64,000 nucleotides of DNA from Escherichia coli (GCF_016903815.1 NZ_CP069973.1); one strand, 5' to 3'; shown: positions 23,806 through 37,959, counted from the stretch's first letter. A program made the numbers and translations. Notes: generated by a model from the sequence alone, not told the origin.

Positions 23806-23977
23806 AGGTAGCTCCTGTCAAAAGACCGCCCGAATAATAATGTGTCAAAATTTTTCTTTAATCATACTTACTAACATATAGACATATTTCCCGCTTTTGC
23901 TCTCATTCATTCGTATTAGCTGCATGGTTGGCATGTCGGCTTTGTCGTACACTTTGTTAAACAGTCTGGAGGAAATA

Positions 23978-24391
23978 ATGAAAGAAACCGATATTGCAGG
24001 CATTTTAACGTCCACTCACACCATTGCGCTGGTGGGGGCAAGCGACAAACCCGATCGTCCCAGCTATCGCGTGATGAAATATCTACTCGACCAGGGGTAT
24101 CACGTCATTCCGGTTTCGCCAAAAGTTGCCGGCAAAACACTGCTGGGCCAGCAGGGGTATGGCACGCTGGCAGAAGTTCCTGAAAAAGTCGATATGGTCG
24201 ATGTTTTCCGGAATTCAGAAGCGGCGTGGGGCGTAGCGCAGGAAGCTATTGCCATTGGCGCGAAAACCCTCTGGATGCAACTGGGGGTGATTAATGAGCA
24301 AGCGGCAGTACTGGCACGGGATGCCGGGTTAAATGTAGTGATGGATCGCTGCCCGGCTATTGAGATCCCTCGCCTGGGCCTGGCCAAATAA
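23978..24391 (+). CDS. yccU: CoA-binding protein YccU
   Basis: Start at [11 protein letters not shown] (RBS GGAGGA upstream); 137 aa. Confidence 0.85.
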   Translation: MKETDIAGILTSTHTIALVGASDKPDRPSYRVMKYLLDQGYHVIPVSPKVAGKTLLGQQGYGTLAEVPEKVDMVDVFRNSEAAWGVAQEAIAIGAKTLWMQLGVINEQAAVLARDAGLNVVMDRCPAIEIPRLGLAK

Positions 24392-24395
24392 AAAA

Positions 24396-24430
24396 TCCCC
24401 GGAAGGCAAAAACCTTCCGGGGATTTGTTC
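24396..24430. terminator. Bidirectional terminator between yccU and hspQ
   Basis: ATCCCCGGAAGG-loop-CCTTCCGGGGAT hairpin. Confidence 0.65.
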
Positions 24431-24435
24431 AGGGA

Positions 24436-24810
<375 letters not shown>

Positions 24811-26001
24811 TTACATGACGCGACAGGCAAACCCTTTCAGATATAGCCCTTCCGGATAGGTAGCGATCACCGGATGATCGGCTGCCTGACGGAACTGCTC
24901 TATAAATTGTACATCACGACCGGCATCAATTGCGGCATCCGCGATGATTTTCTGAAATAAATCGCTGGTCATCAGACCGGAACAGGAGAAAGTCAGGAGA
25001 ATACCGCCTTCATTCAGCAACTGAATCGCCAGCATGTTGATATCTTTATAGCCACGACACGCGCCCATCAACTGGCTTTTATTCTCAACAAATTTCGGCG
25101 GGTCCATCACGATAACGTCAAATTTTTCACCGCGATCGCGATAAGTACGCAGCAATTTAAAGACATCATCACGGACAAACTCAGCCTTGCTCAGATCCAG
25201 TTTGTTCAGCTCAACGTTCTGCCGTGCAATATCCAGGGCTTCCTGGGAGGTATCAACGCTGACAACCTGGCTGCAACCGCCCATCAGTGCCGATACGGCG
25301 AAACCACCGGTATAGGAGAAACAGTTCAGTACGCGTTTATTTTCAACGTAGCGGCGGGTAGCCAGGCGGCTATCACGCTGATCCAGGTAGTAACCCGTTT
25401 TGTGTCCGTGCTGAATATCCACCAGCAGCTTCATGCCGTGTTCTTCAATCGGCAGCAGGGCAGGCGGCAACTCGCCGGTGACGGGGCCCTGGGTCAGCTC
25501 CATCCCTTCTTTTTTACGTACCGCAACATCGCTGCGATCGTAAATCGCACATTCCGGGTACAGCGTTTGCAGGGCGCTAATTAATGCCGCGCGCTGATAT
25601 TCTGCGCCAGCACTCAGTAGTTGCAGCACCAGAAAATTACCGAAACGATCGATAGTAATACCCGGCAGGCCATCAGATTCACCGGCGATTAAACGATAGC
25701 TGTCGAGGCCATCTTTTTGCGCCAGCCAGTCACGCCATTTTTGTGCTTGTTGCAAACGGCGGGAAAAAAAAGCAATGTCGATAGACTCAGACGGGTCAAA
25801 CGTCCAGACGCGTGCCCGGATTTGCGAAGCTGGCGAATAAGCGCCGCGTGCTAACCATTTTCCCTGATGATCAACAATATCGATGGTTTCACCGAGGCTG
25901 GCTTTACCTTCCATGCGGGCAACGGCCCCGGAAAAGACCCACGGATGGCGACGAAGTAATGATTTTTCGCGCCCTTTGGCTAACACTAAACGTACACTCA
26001 T
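24811..26001 (-). CDS. rlmI: 23S rRNA m5C1962 methyltransferase RlmI
   Basis: 396 aa; PUA-like N-terminus plus SAM-MTase motifs (DPPKF). Confidence 0.9.
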   Translation of the reverse strand: MSVRLVLAKGREKSLLRRHPWVFSGAVARMEGKASLGETIDIVDHQGKWLARGAYSPASQIRARVWTFDPSESIDIAFFSRRLQQAQKWRDWLAQKDGLDSYRLIAGESDGLPGITIDRFGNFLVLQLLSAGAEYQRAALISALQTLYPECAIYDRSDVAVRKKEGMELTQGPVTGELPPALLPIEEHGMKLLVDIQHGHKTGYYLDQRDSRLATRRYVENKRVLNCFSYTGGFAVSALMGGCSQVVSVDTSQEALDIARQNVELNKLDLSKAEFVRDDVFKLLRTYRDRGEKFDVIVMDPPKFVENKSQLMGACRGYKDINMLAIQLLNEGGILLTFSCSGLMTSDLFQKIIADAAIDAGRDVQFIEQFRQAADHPVIATYPEGLYLKGFACRVM

Positions 26002-26095
26002 AATTTACTTTTCTGTCGATGCAAAGAAATGGGCGTCATTGTCCGGAGTTTTCCATGGATTTGCAACGCGTCCATTAAGGATAAGGAGAGCAACA

Positions 26096-26374
26096 ATGTC
26101 GAAAGTCTGCATAATTGCCTGGGTTTACGGGCGAGTTCAGGGCGTAGGATTTCGCTACACCACGCAGTACGAAGCGAAAAGACTGGGCTTAACCGGGTAC
26201 GCCAAAAATCTTGACGATGGCAGCGTGGAAGTGGTTGCCTGCGGTGAAGAAGGGCAGGTAGAAAAATTAATGCAGTGGTTAAAGAGTGGCGGCCCGCGTT
26301 CTGCGCGTGTAGAACGGGTGCTCAGCGAGCCGCATCATCCCTCGGGGGAATTAACCGATTTTCGTATCCATTAA
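26096..26374 (+). CDS. yccX: Acylphosphatase
   Basis: [24 protein letters not shown]… (acylphosphatase signature VxGxVQGVxFR); RBS AGGAGAG. Confidence 0.9.
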   Translation: MSKVCIIAWVYGRVQGVGFRYTTQYEAKRLGLTGYAKNLDDGSVEVVACGEEGQVEKLMQWLKSGGPRSARVERVLSEPHHPSGELTDFRIH

Positions 26375-26700
26375 ATACATTTTACCGGTTTTGGCAGGCC
26401 AGCAATTTTGGTTGCTTGCTTAGCCGGACCTTTCGGAAACAGTCGGTATAAATAGCGGCTGTTACCTTTTTCTTCGCCAAATTTATTCGCCATCGCTTTT
26501 ACCAGCATACGAATCGCCGGAGACGTATTAAATTCCTGGTAGAAGTCACGTACAAAACGCACCACTTCCCAGTGTTCTGGCGACAGCGAAATCCCTTCGT
26601 TCTCTGCAATCACCACTGCCAGCGGCTCACTCCACTGGCTGCTTTCTTTGAGATAGCCTTCGGTATCCGTTTCTATCTCTTTACCTTCGAAGATCAGCAT
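26371..26700 (-). CDS. tusE: Sulfurtransferase TusE
   Basis: [23 protein letters not shown]… (109 aa), C-terminal Cys. Confidence 0.9.
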   Translation of the reverse strand: MLIFEGKEIETDTEGYLKESSQWSEPLAVVIAENEGISLSPEHWEVVRFVRDFYQEFNTSPAIRMLVKAMANKFGEEKGNSRYLYRLFPKGPAKQATKIAGLPKPVKCI

Positions 26701-26790
26701 AATTATTACTACCTTAATCAGACTGGCGGCAGTGTAACAAAAAACAAAGCCCCGCATAAAGCGAGGCTCGGTAAGTAACCCTGGGCGAGA

Positions 26791-27450
26791 TTAATCGCGG
26801 CTGGCGAAGCCCAGAATGCTCAGCAGGCTGACGAAGATGTTGTACAGCGAAACATACAGGCTAACTGTGGCACGAATATAGTTCGTTTCACCGCCATGAA
26901 TGATGTTGCTGGTTTCAAACAAAATAGCGCCAGAGGAGATCAGAATGAAGACCGCGCTGATCGCCAGATGCAGAGCAGGCAGTTGCAGGAAGATATTAGC
27001 AACCATACCAATCAGCACCACCACAATACCCGCCATCAGCATACCGCCAAGGAATGACATATCTTTGCGGGTGGTCAGCACATATGCAGAACAGCAGAAG
27101 AACACTAACGCCGTTCCGCCCAGTGCCATAGCGATTACGTCACCCATTCCGGCAGACAGATAGGTGTTCAGAATTGGTCCGAGGATATAACCCAGAAAAC
27201 CGGTAAAGGCGAATGCGGAGATAATCCCGGTCGGCTTATTCGCCGTTTTATAGGTCAGGAACATCAAACCATACATACCCACCAGCGTCAGAATCAGACC
27301 CGGAGATGGCAGCATCAGCACCGTACTGGCAGTTGCGGTAATCGCAGAAAAGGCCAGCGTCAGGCTCAGCAGAAAATAGGTATTACGCAGCACCTTATGG
27401 GTGCTAAGCAGCGATGTACGGTCATGTGAAGAACTAACAATACGATCCAT
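26791..27450 (-). CDS. yccA: Bax-inhibitor-1 family membrane protein YccA
   Basis: 219 aa, 7 predicted TM helices. Confidence 0.9.
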   Translation of the reverse strand: MDRIVSSSHDRTSLLSTHKVLRNTYFLLSLTLAFSAITATASTVLMLPSPGLILTLVGMYGLMFLTYKTANKPTGIISAFAFTGFLGYILGPILNTYLSAGMGDVIAMALGGTALVFFCCSAYVLTTRKDMSFLGGMLMAGIVVVLIGMVANIFLQLPALHLAISAVFILISSGAILFETSNIIHGGETNYIRATVSLYVSLYNIFVSLLSILGFASRD

Positions 27451-27620
27451 TGAGTCACTCTCTATGACAGATGTAATTAATTAAGCAGCATAATGATAAT
27501 GCGTAAGGGCACCCAGAAGTTTTACCCATCTTTACGCATTTGATCTGGAACAGGTTTAACAGCGGATTATCAGGTCATTAAGCAAATATAACGCCCTGAG
27601 AATTTCGACAGGCAAAAGAA

Positions 27621-27648
27621 AAAGGGGTTAGCATTTAGCTAACCCCTT
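27621..27648 (-). terminator. serT terminator hairpin
   Basis: AAAGGGGTTAGC-ATTT-AGCTAACCCCTT immediately 3' of the tRNA. Confidence 0.65.
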
Positions 27649-27656
27649 ATCTTATT

Positions 27657-27744
27657 TGGCGGAAGCGCAGAGATTCGAACTCTGGAACCCTTTCGGGTCG
27701 CCGGTTTTCAAGACCGGTGCCTTCAACCGCTCGGCCACACTTCC
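27657..27744 (-). tRNA. serT: tRNA-Ser (anticodon UGA)
   Basis: Reverse complement GGAAGTGTGGCCGAGCGGTTGAAGGCACCGGTCTTGAAAACCGGCG…GCGCTTCCGCCA; long variable arm, 3' CCA encoded. Confidence 0.9.
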
Positions 27745-28170
27745 AGAATGACGCGCACTATAAACATCCCGATGCGGCGTGTAAACCCCTAATTTGTTTG
27801 TTTGCCTGAAAAACAGCCAAAAGTGCATTGATAGCGTGAAATAACAGCAGATTGATCATTTCATCACCATGAATTCCTTCTCTTTTACTCGTTTAGCAAC
27901 CGGCTAAACATCCCCACTGCCCGGCAAAAAGAAAAATAGGTCCATTTTTATCGCTAAAAGATAAATCCATACAGTTTGTATTGTTTTGTGCAAAAGTTTC
28001 ACTACGCTTTATTAACAATACTTTCTGGCGACGTGCGCCAGTGCAGAAGGATGAGCTTTCGTTTTCAGCATCTCACGTGAAGCGATGGTTTGCCTTGCTA
28101 CAGGGACGTCGCTTGCCGACCATAAGCGCCCGGTGTCCTGCCGGTGTCGCAAGGAGAAGAGACGTGCGAT

Positions 28171-29289
28171 ATGAATAACGAGGAAACATTTTACCAGGCC
28201 ATGCGGCGTCAGGGCGTTACCCGGCGCAGCTTTCTCAAATATTGTAGTCTGGCTGCCACGTCGCTGGGATTAGGCGCGGGAATGGCACCAAAGATTGCCT
28301 GGGCGCTGGAGAACAAACCGCGCATTCCGGTGGTATGGATCCACGGTCTGGAATGCACCTGCTGTACCGAATCTTTTATCCGCTCCGCTCACCCGCTGGC
28401 AAAGGACGTCATCCTTTCCCTGATTTCCCTCGATTACGACGATACTTTGATGGCTGCCGCCGGAACCCAGGCGGAAGAAGTCTTTGAAGACATCATCACG
28501 CAATACAATGGCAAATATATCCTCGCAGTAGAAGGTAATCCGCCGCTGGGCGAGCAGGGGATGTTCTGTATCAGCAGCGGTCGACCGTTTATTGAGAAAC
28601 TCAAACGTGCCGCTGCCGGAGCCAGCGCGATTATCGCCTGGGGAACCTGCGCGTCCTGGGGCTGCGTGCAGGCCGCGCGACCCAATCCGACGCAGGCAAC
28701 GCCTATCGACAAAGTCATCACCGACAAACCTATTATCAAAGTACCTGGCTGCCCGCCGATCCCGGATGTGATGAGCGCCATCATTACTTACATGGTGACC
28801 TTTGATCGCTTGCCAGATGTCGACAGAATGGGCCGTCCACTGATGTTTTATGGTCAGCGTATCCACGATAAATGTTATCGCCGCGCTCACTTCGACGCCG
28901 GAGAGTTCGTCCAGAGTTGGGATGATGACGCTGCCCGCAAAGGTTACTGCCTGTACAAAATGGGCTGCAAAGGGCCTACCACCTATAACGCCTGTTCCTC
29001 CACACGCTGGAACGATGGCGTTTCCTTCCCGATCCAGTCAGGTCACGGCTGCCTGGGTTGTGCGGAAAATGGTTTCTGGGATCGCGGTTCGTTCTACAGC
29101 CGCGTGGTCGATATTCCACAAATGGGTACTCATTCCACCGCCGACACCGTCGGTTTAACCGCGCTTGGCGTGGTGGCAGCGGCTGTTGGTGTGCACGCAG
29201 TCGCCAGCGCCGTTGACCAGCGCAGACGTCATAACCAGCAACCTACAGAAACCGAACATCAGCCAGGCAATGAGGATAAACAGGCATGA
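28171..29289 (+). CDS. hyaA: Hydrogenase-1 small subunit (Tat signal)
   Basis: [29 protein letters not shown]… twin-arginine motif; FeS cysteines. Confidence 0.95.
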   Translation: MNNEETFYQAMRRQGVTRRSFLKYCSLAATSLGLGAGMAPKIAWALENKPRIPVVWIHGLECTCCTESFIRSAHPLAKDVILSLISLDYDDTLMAAAGTQAEEVFEDIITQYNGKYILAVEGNPPLGEQGMFCISSGRPFIEKLKRAAAGASAIIAWGTCASWGCVQAARPNPTQATPIDKVITDKPIIKVPGCPPIPDVMSAIITYMVTFDRLPDVDRMGRPLMFYGQRIHDKCYRRAHFDAGEFVQSWDDDAARKGYCLYKMGCKGPTTYNACSSTRWNDGVSFPIQSGHGCLGCAENGFWDRGSFYSRVVDIPQMGTHSTADTVGLTALGVVAAAVGVHAVASAVDQRRRHNQQPTETEHQPGNEDKQA

Positions 29290-31079
29290 GCACTCAGTAC
29301 GAAACTCAGGGATACACCATCAATAATGCCGGACGCCGCCTGGTGGTCGACCCGATTACGCGCATTGAAGGCCACATGCGCTGCGAAGTGAATATTAACG
29401 ATCAGAATGTGATCACCAATGCCGTCTCCTGCGGCACCATGTTTCGCGGGCTGGAGATCATCCTGCAAGGGCGTGACCCGCGCGATGCGTGGGCGTTCGT
29501 TGAACGTATCTGCGGCGTCTGTACCGGCGTACACGCTCTGGCTTCGGTCTATGCCATCGAAGATGCTATCGGCATTAAAGTGCCGGACAACGCTAATATC
29601 ATCCGCAACATTATGCTGGCGACGCTCTGGTGCCATGACCATCTGGTGCACTTTTATCAGCTTGCCGGGATGGACTGGATCGATGTGTTAGATGCGCTGA
29701 AAGCCGATCCGCGGAAAACCTCCGAACTGGCGCAAAGCCTCTCCTCATGGCCGAAATCATCCCCTGGCTATTTCTTCGACGTACAAAATCGCCTGAAGAA
29801 ATTCGTTGAAGGCGGGCAGTTGGGGATCTTCCGCAATGGCTACTGGGGGCACCCGCAGTACAAACTGCCGCCAGAAGCCAACCTGATGGGCTTTGCCCAC
29901 TATCTCGAAGCTCTCGATTTCCAGCGTGAAATTGTCAAAATCCACGCGGTCTTTGGCGGTAAAAACCCGCATCCAAACTGGATTGTCGGCGGGATGCCTT
30001 GCGCCATTAACATTGACGAAAGCGGCGCGGTCGGGGCGGTCAATATGGAACGCCTGAACCTGGTGCAGTCGATTATCACCCGCACGGCGGATTTCATTAA
30101 CAACGTGATGATCCCTGACGCCTTAGCCATTGGTCAGTTCAACAAACCGTGGAGCGAAATCGGCACGGGTCTTTCTGATAAATGTGTCCTCAGCTACGGC
30201 GCATTCCCGGATATTGCCAACGACTTTGGCGAGAAAAGTCTGCTGATGCCTGGCGGCGCGGTGATTAACGGCGACTTCAACAATGTGCTGCCAGTGGATT
30301 TGGTTGATCCGCAGCAGGTGCAGGAGTTTGTCGACCACGCCTGGTATCGATATCCCAACGATCAGGTCGGGCGTCATCCGTTCGATGGCATCACCGACCC
30401 GTGGTACAACCCCGGCGATGTCAAAGGCAGCGATACCAACATTCAGCAGCTGAATGAACAGGAACGCTACTCGTGGATCAAAGCGCCACGCTGGCGCGGT
30501 AATGCGATGGAAGTGGGGCCGCTGGCACGCACGTTAATCGCTTATCACAAAGGCGATGCGGCGACCGTTGAGTCGGTCGATCGCATGATGTCGGCGTTGA
30601 ACCTGCCGCTTTCCGGCATCCAGTCAACGTTAGGCCGCATTTTGTGTCGCGCGCACGAAGCGCAGTGGGCCGCAGGCAAGTTGCAATATTTCTTCGACAA
30701 GCTGATGACCAATCTCAAAAACGGCAATCTCGCCACCGCCTCTACTGAAAAATGGGAACCAGCAACCTGGCCGACAGAGTGCCGTGGTGTCGGTTTTACC
30801 GAAGCGCCGCGCGGGGCGTTAGGCCACTGGGCCGCCATTCGCGATGGCAAGATTGATCTCTACCAGTGCGTGGTACCGACCACCTGGAACGCCAGCCCGC
30901 GCGATCCCAAAGGGCAAATTGGCGCTTATGAAGCAGCGTTAATGAACACCAAAATGGCGATCCCCGAGCAACCGCTGGAGATCCTGCGTACTCTGCACAG
31001 CTTTGACCCGTGCCTCGCATGTTCAACACACGTGCTGGGCGACGACGGTAGCGAGCTGATCTCCGTGCAGGTGCGTTAA
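29286..31079 (+). CDS. hyaB: Hydrogenase-1 large subunit
   Basis: 597 aa; N-terminal RICGVC and C-terminal DPCLAC NiFe-binding motifs. Confidence 0.95.
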   Translation: MSTQYETQGYTINNAGRRLVVDPITRIEGHMRCEVNINDQNVITNAVSCGTMFRGLEIILQGRDPRDAWAFVERICGVCTGVHALASVYAIEDAIGIKVPDNANIIRNIMLATLWCHDHLVHFYQLAGMDWIDVLDALKADPRKTSELAQSLSSWPKSSPGYFFDVQNRLKKFVEGGQLGIFRNGYWGHPQYKLPPEANLMGFAHYLEALDFQREIVKIHAVFGGKNPHPNWIVGGMPCAINIDESGAVGAVNMERLNLVQSIITRTADFINNVMIPDALAIGQFNKPWSEIGTGLSDKCVLSYGAFPDIANDFGEKSLLMPGGAVINGDFNNVLPVDLVDPQQVQEFVDHAWYRYPNDQVGRHPFDGITDPWYNPGDVKGSDTNIQQLNEQERYSWIKAPRWRGNAMEVGPLARTLIAYHKGDAATVESVDRMMSALNLPLSGIQSTLGRILCRAHEAQWAAGKLQYFFDKLMTNLKNGNLATASTEKWEPATWPTECRGVGFTEAPRGALGHWAAIRDGKIDLYQCVVPTTWNASPRDPKGQIGAYEAALMNTKMAIPEQPLEILRTLHSFDPCLACSTHVLGDDGSELISVQVR

Positions 31080-31097
31080 CAGCGAAGGAGAATCATC

Positions 31098-31805
31098 ATG
31101 CAACAGAAAAGCGACAACGTTGTCAGCCATTATGTCTTTGAAGCGCCAGTGCGTATCTGGCACTGGCTGACGGTGTTATGCATGGCGGTGTTGATGGTCA
31201 CCGGATACTTTATCGGCAAGCCGCTACCTTCCGTCAGCGGCGAGGCGACGTATCTGTTTTACATGGGCTACATCAGGTTAATTCACTTCAGCGCCGGGAT
31301 GATTTTTACCGTGGTCTTGCTGATGCGGATCTACTGGGCTTTTGTTGGCAATCGTTACTCCCGCGAGCTGTTTATCGTGCCGGTATGGCGTAAAAGCTGG
31401 TGGCAGGGCGTGTGGTATGAAATCCGCTGGTATCTGTTTCTGGCAAAACGTCCGAGTGCCGATATAGGCCATAACCCCATCGCCCAGGCGGCGATGTTCG
31501 GCTATTTCCTGATGTCAGTTTTTATGATCATCACCGGCTTTGCGCTGTACAGCGAACACAGCCAGTACGCTATTTTTGCGCCGTTCCGTTATGTGGTGGA
31601 ATTTTTCTACTGGACGGGCGGCAACTCAATGGACATTCACAGCTGGCATCGGCTGGGGATGTGGCTGATTGGCGCGTTTGTGATCGGTCATGTCTACATG
31701 GCGCTGCGTGAAGACATCATGTCCGACGACACGGTGATCTCCACCATGGTCAACGGCTACCGTAGCCACAAATTTGGCAAAATAAGTAACAAGGAGCGTT
31801 CATGA
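31098..31805 (+). CDS. hyaC: Hydrogenase-1 cytochrome b subunit
   Basis: 235 aa multi-TM protein. Confidence 0.9.
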   Translation: MQQKSDNVVSHYVFEAPVRIWHWLTVLCMAVLMVTGYFIGKPLPSVSGEATYLFYMGYIRLIHFSAGMIFTVVLLMRIYWAFVGNRYSRELFIVPVWRKSWWQGVWYEIRWYLFLAKRPSADIGHNPIAQAAMFGYFLMSVFMIITGFALYSEHSQYAIFAPFRYVVEFFYWTGGNSMDIHSWHRLGMWLIGAFVIGHVYMALREDIMSDDTVISTMVNGYRSHKFGKISNKERS

Positions 31806-32389
31806 GCGAGCAACGCGTGGTGGTAATGGGGCTGGGCAACCTGCTGTGGGCCGATGAAGGCTTCGGCGTGCGGGTGGCGGAACGGCTGTATGCCCATTAC
31901 CACTGGCCCGATGAAGTCGAGATTGTTGATGGCGGCACTCAGGGACTGAACTTGCTGGGGTATGTCGAAAGCGCCAGCCACTTGCTGATTCTCGACGCCA
32001 TTGATTACGGGTTGGAACCCGGAACGCTGCGAACATATGCCGGAGAACGCATTCCGGCTTATCTCAGCGCGAAGAAAATGAGCCTGCACCAGAACAGCTT
32101 CTCCGAAGTGCTGGCGCTGGCGGATATACGTGGTCATCTGCCAGCACATATTGCCCTCGTCGGTCTGCAACCCGCGATGCTCGACGACTACGGCGGCAGC
32201 CTGAGCGAACTGGCACGAGAGCAACTGCCCGCTGCTGAACAATCGGCGCTGGCGCAGTTGGCTGCGTGGGGAATTGTGCCGCAACCGGCTAATGAATCGC
32301 GTTGTCTCAATTATGACTGTCTGTCGATGGAAAATTACGAAGGCGTTCGCTTGCGCCAGTACCGGATGACACAGGAGGAGCAGGGATGA
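31802..32389 (+). CDS. hyaD: Hydrogenase-1 maturation endopeptidase
   Basis: 195 aa, [22 protein letters not shown]. Confidence 0.9.
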   Translation: MSEQRVVVMGLGNLLWADEGFGVRVAERLYAHYHWPDEVEIVDGGTQGLNLLGYVESASHLLILDAIDYGLEPGTLRTYAGERIPAYLSAKKMSLHQNSFSEVLALADIRGHLPAHIALVGLQPAMLDDYGGSLSELAREQLPAAEQSALAQLAAWGIVPQPANESRCLNYDCLSMENYEGVRLRQYRMTQEEQG

Positions 32390-32784
32390 GCAACGACACG
32401 CCATTTGATGCGTTGTGGCAACGAATGCTGGCGCGCGGCTGGACGCCGGTCAGTGAATTCCGTCTTGACGACTGGCTTACGCAAGCGCCAGACGGCGTGG
32501 TGTTATTAAGCAGTGACCCGAAACGCACGCCAGAGGTCAGCGATAATCCGGTAATGATTGGCGAATTACTGCGCGAGTTTCCCGACTACACATGGCAGGT
32601 GGCGATTGCTGACCTTGAGCAGAGCGAAGCCATCGGCGATCGCTTTGGCGTCTTTCGCTTTCCCGCCACATTAGTGTTTACCGGCGGAAACTATCGCGGC
32701 GTGCTGAATGGTATTCACCCGTGGGCGGAACTGATAAACCTGATGCGTGGGCTTGTCGAACCACAACAGGAGCGTGCCTCATGA
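32386..32784 (+). CDS. hyaE: Hydrogenase-1 operon protein HyaE
   Basis: 132 aa, overlapping start/stop codons with neighbours. Confidence 0.9.
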   Translation: MSNDTPFDALWQRMLARGWTPVSEFRLDDWLTQAPDGVVLLSSDPKRTPEVSDNPVMIGELLREFPDYTWQVAIADLEQSEAIGDRFGVFRFPATLVFTGGNYRGVLNGIHPWAELINLMRGLVEPQQERAS

Positions 32785-33638
32785 GCGAAACTTTTTTCCA
32801 TCTGCTGGGGCCAGGAACGCAACCGAACGATGACAGTTTCAGCATGAATCCACTGCCGATCACCTGTCGGGTGAATGGTGAACCGAGTATGGCGGCCCTG
32901 GAGCAATGTGCTCACAGCCCGCAGGTGATTGCGCTGTTAAACGAGTTACAACATCAACTAAGCGAACGCCAGCCGGCGCTGGGTGAGGTACTGGCAGTCG
33001 ATCTGTTAAATCTCAACGCCGACGATCGTCACTTTATCAATACGCTTCTCGGGGAAGGGGAAGTGTCAGTGCGCATTCAGCAGGCTGATGGTAGTGAAAG
33101 TGAAATTCAGGAGGCGATCTTCTGCGGATTATGGCGGGTGCGCAGACGTCGCGGCGACAAGTTGCTGGAGGACAAACTGGAGGCTGGCTGCGCTCCGCTG
33201 GCATTGTGGCAGGCGGCAACGCAAAACGTCTTGCCGACAGATTCGCTGTTACCGCCGCCCATTGATGGCCTGATGAATGGCCTACCGTTGGCGCATGAGT
33301 TACTGGCGCATGTACGTAACCCCGACGCGCAGCCGCACAGCATTAATCTGACGCAATTACCCATCAGCGAGGCTGATCGGCTTTTTCTCTCACGTCTCTG
33401 TGGGCCGGGAAATATTCAGATTCGCACCATTGGCTACGGCGAGAGCTATATCAACGCCACGGGGTTACGCCATGTCTGGCATTTACGCTGCACGGACACC
33501 TTAAAAGGCCCGTTACTTGAGAGTTATGAAATCTGCCCGATACCGGAAGTGGTTCTGGCAGCGCCAGAAGATTTGGTCGACTCAGCGCAGCGGCTTAGCG
33601 AGGTATGTCAGTGGCTGGCGGAAGGGGCACCTTCGTAA
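32781..33638 (+). CDS. hyaF: Hydrogenase-1 operon protein HyaF
   Basis: Start at [12 protein letters not shown] (ATGA overlap with hyaE stop). Confidence 0.85.
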   Translation: MSETFFHLLGPGTQPNDDSFSMNPLPITCRVNGEPSMAALEQCAHSPQVIALLNELQHQLSERQPALGEVLAVDLLNLNADDRHFINTLLGEGEVSVRIQQADGSESEIQEAIFCGLWRVRRRRGDKLLEDKLEAGCAPLALWQAATQNVLPTDSLLPPPIDGLMNGLPLAHELLAHVRNPDAQPHSINLTQLPISEADRLFLSRLCGPGNIQIRTIGYGESYINATGLRHVWHLRCTDTLKGPLLESYEICPIPEVVLAAPEDLVDSAQRLSEVCQWLAEGAPS

Positions 33639-33771
33639 AAAGACGGTAAGTATCGCTTTCAGGCTTATGAATATCGCAATCGGCGAATACCTCTGGTCGT
33701 AGAGTTTCAGGATAAAGAGGGAGATCTACCATTAACGGGTTATTTTTCTCTCTTCGCCTACAGGAGTGCGC

Positions 33772-35316
33772 ATGTGGGATGTCATTGATTTATCGCGCTG
33801 GCAGTTTGCTCTGACCGCGCTGTATCACTTTTTATTTGTACCCCTTACCCTGGGGCTGATTTTTTTGCTGGCTATCATGGAAACCATTTACGTGGTCACC
33901 GGCAAAACAATCTACCGCGATATGACGCGCTTCTGGGGTAAGCTCTTCGGTATCAACTTTGCTCTTGGCGTGGCTACCGGCCTGACCATGGAGTTTCAGT
34001 TTGGTACTAACTGGTCATTCTATTCCAACTATGTGGGCGATATTTTTGGCGCACCGCTGGCGATGGAAGCATTAATGGCCTTCTTCCTCGAATCCACCTT
34101 TGTCGGGCTGTTCTTCTTCGGCTGGCAGCGGCTGAATAAATACCAGCACCTGCTGGTGACGTGGCTGGTGGCGTTCGGTTCAAATCTCTCTGCATTGTGG
34201 ATATTGAATGCCAACGGTTGGATGCAATACCCGACCGGTGCGCATTTTGATATCGACACCCTTCGTATGGAAATGACCAGCTTCAGCGAGCTGGTCTTTA
34301 ACCCGGTCAGCCAGGTGAAATTTGTGCACACCGTAATGGCGGGCTACGTGACTGGGGCCATGTTTATTATGGCGATCAGCGCCTGGTATTTACTGCGCGG
34401 ACGGGAGCGCGATGTCGCATTACGCTCGTTTGCCATCGGTTCCGTCTTCGGTACTCTGGCGATTATCGGCACGCTGCAACTCGGAGACAGTTCTGCGTAT
34501 GAAGTCGCGCAAGTACAACCGGTAAAACTGGCGGCGATGGAAGGGGAATGGCAAACGGAACCTGCACCTGCACCGTTCCATGTGGTTGCCTGGCCGGAAC
34601 AGGATCAAGAGCGTAACGCCTTTGCTATCAAAATTCCCGCGCTGCTAGGGATCCTCGCCACTCACTCATTAGATAAACCCGTGCCGGGTCTGAAGAATTT
34701 GATGGCTGAAACCTACCCACGCTTGCAACGCGGACGTATGGCCTGGCTGTTAATGCAGGAAATATCGCAAGGCAATCGTGAGCCGCATGTGTTGCAGGCA
34801 TTTCGGGAGCTGGAAGGCGACCTTGGTTACGGCATGTTGCTCTCCCGCTATGCGCCGGATATGAATCATGTCACAGCCGCACAGTACCAGGCGGCGATGC
34901 GTGGCGCGATACCTCAGGTTGCGCCGGTATTCTGGAGTTTCCGCATCATGGTGGGCTGTGGTTCCCTGCTGCTACTGGTGATGCTTATTGCGCTTGTCCA
35001 GACGCTGCGTGGCAAAATCGACCAGCATCGCTGGGTGCTGAAAATGGCGCTCTGGAGTTTGCCGCTGCCGTGGATTGCGATTGAAGCCGGGTGGTTTATG
35101 ACCGAGTTTGGTCGTCAGCCGTGGGCGATACAGGACATCTTACCGACATACTCCGCGCACTCCGCCTTAACCACAGGACAACTGGCTTTCTCACTGATCA
35201 TGATCGTAGGGCTTTACACCCTGTTCTTAATCGCCGAAGTCTACCTGATGCAGAAATATGCCCGTCTGGGGCCGAGCGCGATGCAGAGTGAACAACCGAC
35301 GCAGCAACAGGGGTAA
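33772..35316 (+). CDS. appC: Cytochrome bd-II oxidase subunit I
   Basis: [26 protein letters not shown]…. Confidence 0.9.
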   Translation: MWDVIDLSRWQFALTALYHFLFVPLTLGLIFLLAIMETIYVVTGKTIYRDMTRFWGKLFGINFALGVATGLTMEFQFGTNWSFYSNYVGDIFGAPLAMEALMAFFLESTFVGLFFFGWQRLNKYQHLLVTWLVAFGSNLSALWILNANGWMQYPTGAHFDIDTLRMEMTSFSELVFNPVSQVKFVHTVMAGYVTGAMFIMAISAWYLLRGRERDVALRSFAIGSVFGTLAIIGTLQLGDSSAYEVAQVQPVKLAAMEGEWQTEPAPAPFHVVAWPEQDQERNAFAIKIPALLGILATHSLDKPVPGLKNLMAETYPRLQRGRMAWLLMQEISQGNREPHVLQAFRELEGDLGYGMLLSRYAPDMNHVTAAQYQAAMRGAIPQVAPVFWSFRIMVGCGSLLLLVMLIALVQTLRGKIDQHRWVLKMALWSLPLPWIAIEAGWFMTEFGRQPWAIQDILPTYSAHSALTTGQLAFSLIMIVGLYTLFLIAEVYLMQKYARLGPSAMQSEQPTQQQG

Positions 35317-35327
35317 AGGAGAAAATC

Positions 35328-36464
35328 ATGTTTGATTATGAAACATTGCGCTTCATCTGGTGGCTGCTGATTGGCGTGATCCTGGTAGTCTTTATGATCT
35401 CCGACGGATTTGACATGGGGATCGGCTGTCTGCTGCCGCTGGTGGCGCGTGATGATGATGAACGCCGGATAGTGATTAATAGCGTTGGTGCGCACTGGGA
35501 AGGCAATCAGGTCTGGTTGATCCTCGCAGGTGGGGCATTATTTGCCGCCTGGCCCAGAGTGTATGCAGCGGCGTTTTCCGGCTTTTATGTGGCGATGATC
35601 CTGGTGCTGTGCTCGCTGTTCTTCCGCCCGCTGGCCTTTGATTATCGCGGAAAAATTGCCGATGCACGCTGGCGTAAAATGTGGGATGCCGGTCTGGTTA
35701 TCGGCAGTCTGGTGCCGCCGGTAGTCTTCGGTATCGCCTTCGGCAACTTGTTGCTAGGCGTGCCGTTTGCCTTTACACCGCAATTACGCGTGGAGTATCT
35801 CGGCAGCTTCTGGCAACTGCTGACGCCATTCCCTTTATTGTGCGGATTGCTCAGCCTTGGGATGGTGATTTTGCAAGGTGGCGTCTGGTTACAACTGAAA
35901 ACTGTTGGTGTGATTCATCTGCGTTCACAGCTGGCGACCAAACGCGCCGCACTGCTGGTGATGCTGTGCTTTTTGCTGGCGGGTTACTGGCTGTGGGTCG
36001 GTATTGATGGCTTTGTACTGCTCGCCCAGGATGCTAACGGTCCTTCCAATCCGTTAATGAAACTGGTGGCAGTGCTACCTGGTGCCTGGATGAATAATTT
36101 TGTCGAGTCGCCCGTTTTGTGGATCTTCCCGCTGCTGGGGTTCTTCTGCCCATTGCTGACGGTGATGGCGATTTATCGTGGTCGCCCGGGTTGGGGATTT
36201 TTGATGGCGTCATTGATGCAATTTGGCGTGATTTTCACGGCAGGCATCACGCTGTTCCCCTTTGTCATGCCGTCAAGCGTGAGTCCGATCTCCAGCCTGA
36301 CGTTGTGGGACAGTACTTCCAGCCAGCTGACGCTGAGCATTATGTTGGTAATCGTGCTGATATTTTTGCCCATTGTGTTGCTCTACACTCTCTGGAGCTA
36401 CTACAAAATGTGGGGGCGCATGACGACAGAAACTCTCCGCCGTAACGAAAACAAGTTGTACTAA
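35328..36464 (+). CDS. appB: Cytochrome bd-II oxidase subunit II
   Basis: 378 aa multi-TM ORF. Confidence 0.9.
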   Translation: MFDYETLRFIWWLLIGVILVVFMISDGFDMGIGCLLPLVARDDDERRIVINSVGAHWEGNQVWLILAGGALFAAWPRVYAAAFSGFYVAMILVLCSLFFRPLAFDYRGKIADARWRKMWDAGLVIGSLVPPVVFGIAFGNLLLGVPFAFTPQLRVEYLGSFWQLLTPFPLLCGLLSLGMVILQGGVWLQLKTVGVIHLRSQLATKRAALLVMLCFLLAGYWLWVGIDGFVLLAQDANGPSNPLMKLVAVLPGAWMNNFVESPVLWIFPLLGFFCPLLTVMAIYRGRPGWGFLMASLMQFGVIFTAGITLFPFVMPSSVSPISSLTLWDSTSSQLTLSIMLVIVLIFLPIVLLYTLWSYYKMWGRMTTETLRRNENKLY

Positions 36465-36476
36465 GGAGTAGGAACA

Positions 36477-36569
36477 ATGTGGTATTTACTTTGGTTCGTC
36501 GGCATTTTGTTGATGTGTTCGCTCTCCACCCTTGTGTTGGTATGGTTGGACCCGCGTCTGAAAAGTTAA
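36477..36569 (+). CDS. appX: Small membrane subunit AppX (30 aa), below ORF-track cutoff
   Basis: Manual translation MWYLLWFVGILLMCSLSTLVLVWLDPRLKS; RBS AGGAG 7 nt upstream. Confidence 0.8.
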   Translation: MWYLLWFVGILLMCSLSTLVLVWLDPRLKS

Positions 36570-36579
36570 CGAACGTAAG

Positions 36580-36612
36580 CCTGATGAGGCGCATTAGCGT
36601 CGCATCAGGCAA
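36580..36612. repeat. REP (palindromic unit) element
   Basis: GCCTGATGAGGCGCATTAGCGTCGCATCAGGC imperfect palindrome. Confidence 0.7.
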
Positions 36613-36648
36613 TCAATAATGTCGGATATGAAAAGCGGAAACATATCG

Positions 36649-37959
36649 ATGAAAGCGATCTTGATCCCATTTTTATCTCTTCTGATTCCGTTAACCCCGC
36701 AATCTGCATTCGCTCATAGTGAGCCGGAGCTGAAGCTGGAAAGTGTGGTGATTGTCAGTCGTCATGGTGTGCGTGCACCAACCAAGGCCACGCAACTGAT
36801 GCAGGATGTCACCCCAGACGCATGGCCAACCTGGCCGGTAAAACTGGGTTGGCTGACACCGCGCGGTGGTGAGCTGATCGCCTATCTCGGACATTACCAA
36901 CGCCAGCGTCTGGTAGCCGACGGATTGCTGACGAAAAAGGGCTGCCCGCAGCCTGGTCAGGTCGCGATTATTGCTGATGTCGACGAGCGTACCCGTAAAA
37001 CAGGCGAAGCCTTCGCCGCCGGGCTGGCACCTGACTGTGCAATAACCGTACATACCCAGGCAGATACGTCCAGTCCCGATCCGTTATTTAATCCTCTAAA
37101 AACTGGCGTTTGCCAACTGGATAACGCGAATGTGACTGACGCGATCCTCAGCAGGGCAGGAGGGTCAATTGCTGACTTTACCGGGCATCGGCAAACGGCG
37201 TTTCGTGAACTGGAACGGGTGCTTAATTTCCCGCAATCAAACTTGTGCCTTAACCGTGAGAAACAGGACGAAAGCTGTTCATTAACGCAGGCATTACCAT
37301 CGGAACTCAAGGTGAGCGCCGACAATGTCTCATTAACCGGTGCGGTAAGCCTCGCATCAATGCTGACGGAGATATTTCTCCTGCAACAGGCACAAGGAAT
37401 GCCGGAGCCGGGGTGGGGAAGGATCACTGATTCACACCAGTGGAACACCTTGCTAAGTTTGCATAACGCGCAATTTTATTTACTACAACGCACGCCAGAG
37501 GTTGCCCGCAGTCGCGCCACCCCGTTATTGGATTTGATCATGGCAGCGTTGACGCCCCATCCACCGCAAAAACAGGCGTATGGTGTGACATTACCCACTT
37601 CAGTGCTGTTTATTGCCGGACACGATACTAATCTGGCAAATCTCGGCGGCGCACTGGAGCTCAACTGGACACTTCCAGGTCAGCCGGATAACACGCCGCC
37701 AGGGGGTGAACTGGTGTTTGAACGCTGGCGTCGGCTCAGCGATAACAGCCAGTGGATTCAGGTTTCGCTGGTCTTCCAGACTTTACAGCAGATGCGTGAT
37801 AAAACGCCGCTGTCATTAAATACGCCGCCCGGAGAGGTGAAACTGACCCTGGCAGGATGTGAAGAGCGAAATGCGCAGGGCATGTGTTCGTTGGCCGGTT
37901 TTACGCAAATCGTGAATGAAGCACGCATACCGGCGTGCGCTCTCCATCAAGACAAATAA
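36649..37959 (+). CDS. appA: Periplasmic acid phosphatase/phytase; C-terminus differs from the K-12 sequence as I recall it
   Basis: [22 protein letters not shown] signal peptide; RHGVRAP histidine acid phosphatase motif; ends …[10 protein letters not shown]. Confidence 0.9.

Noticed and set aside
27745-28170. Possible genomic island or integrase at the 3' flank of tRNA-Ser (serT), a common integration site
   Set aside because: The serT-hyaA spacer is short (~420 bp) with no integrase ORF or direct repeat of the tRNA 3' end; it looks like the unoccupied state.
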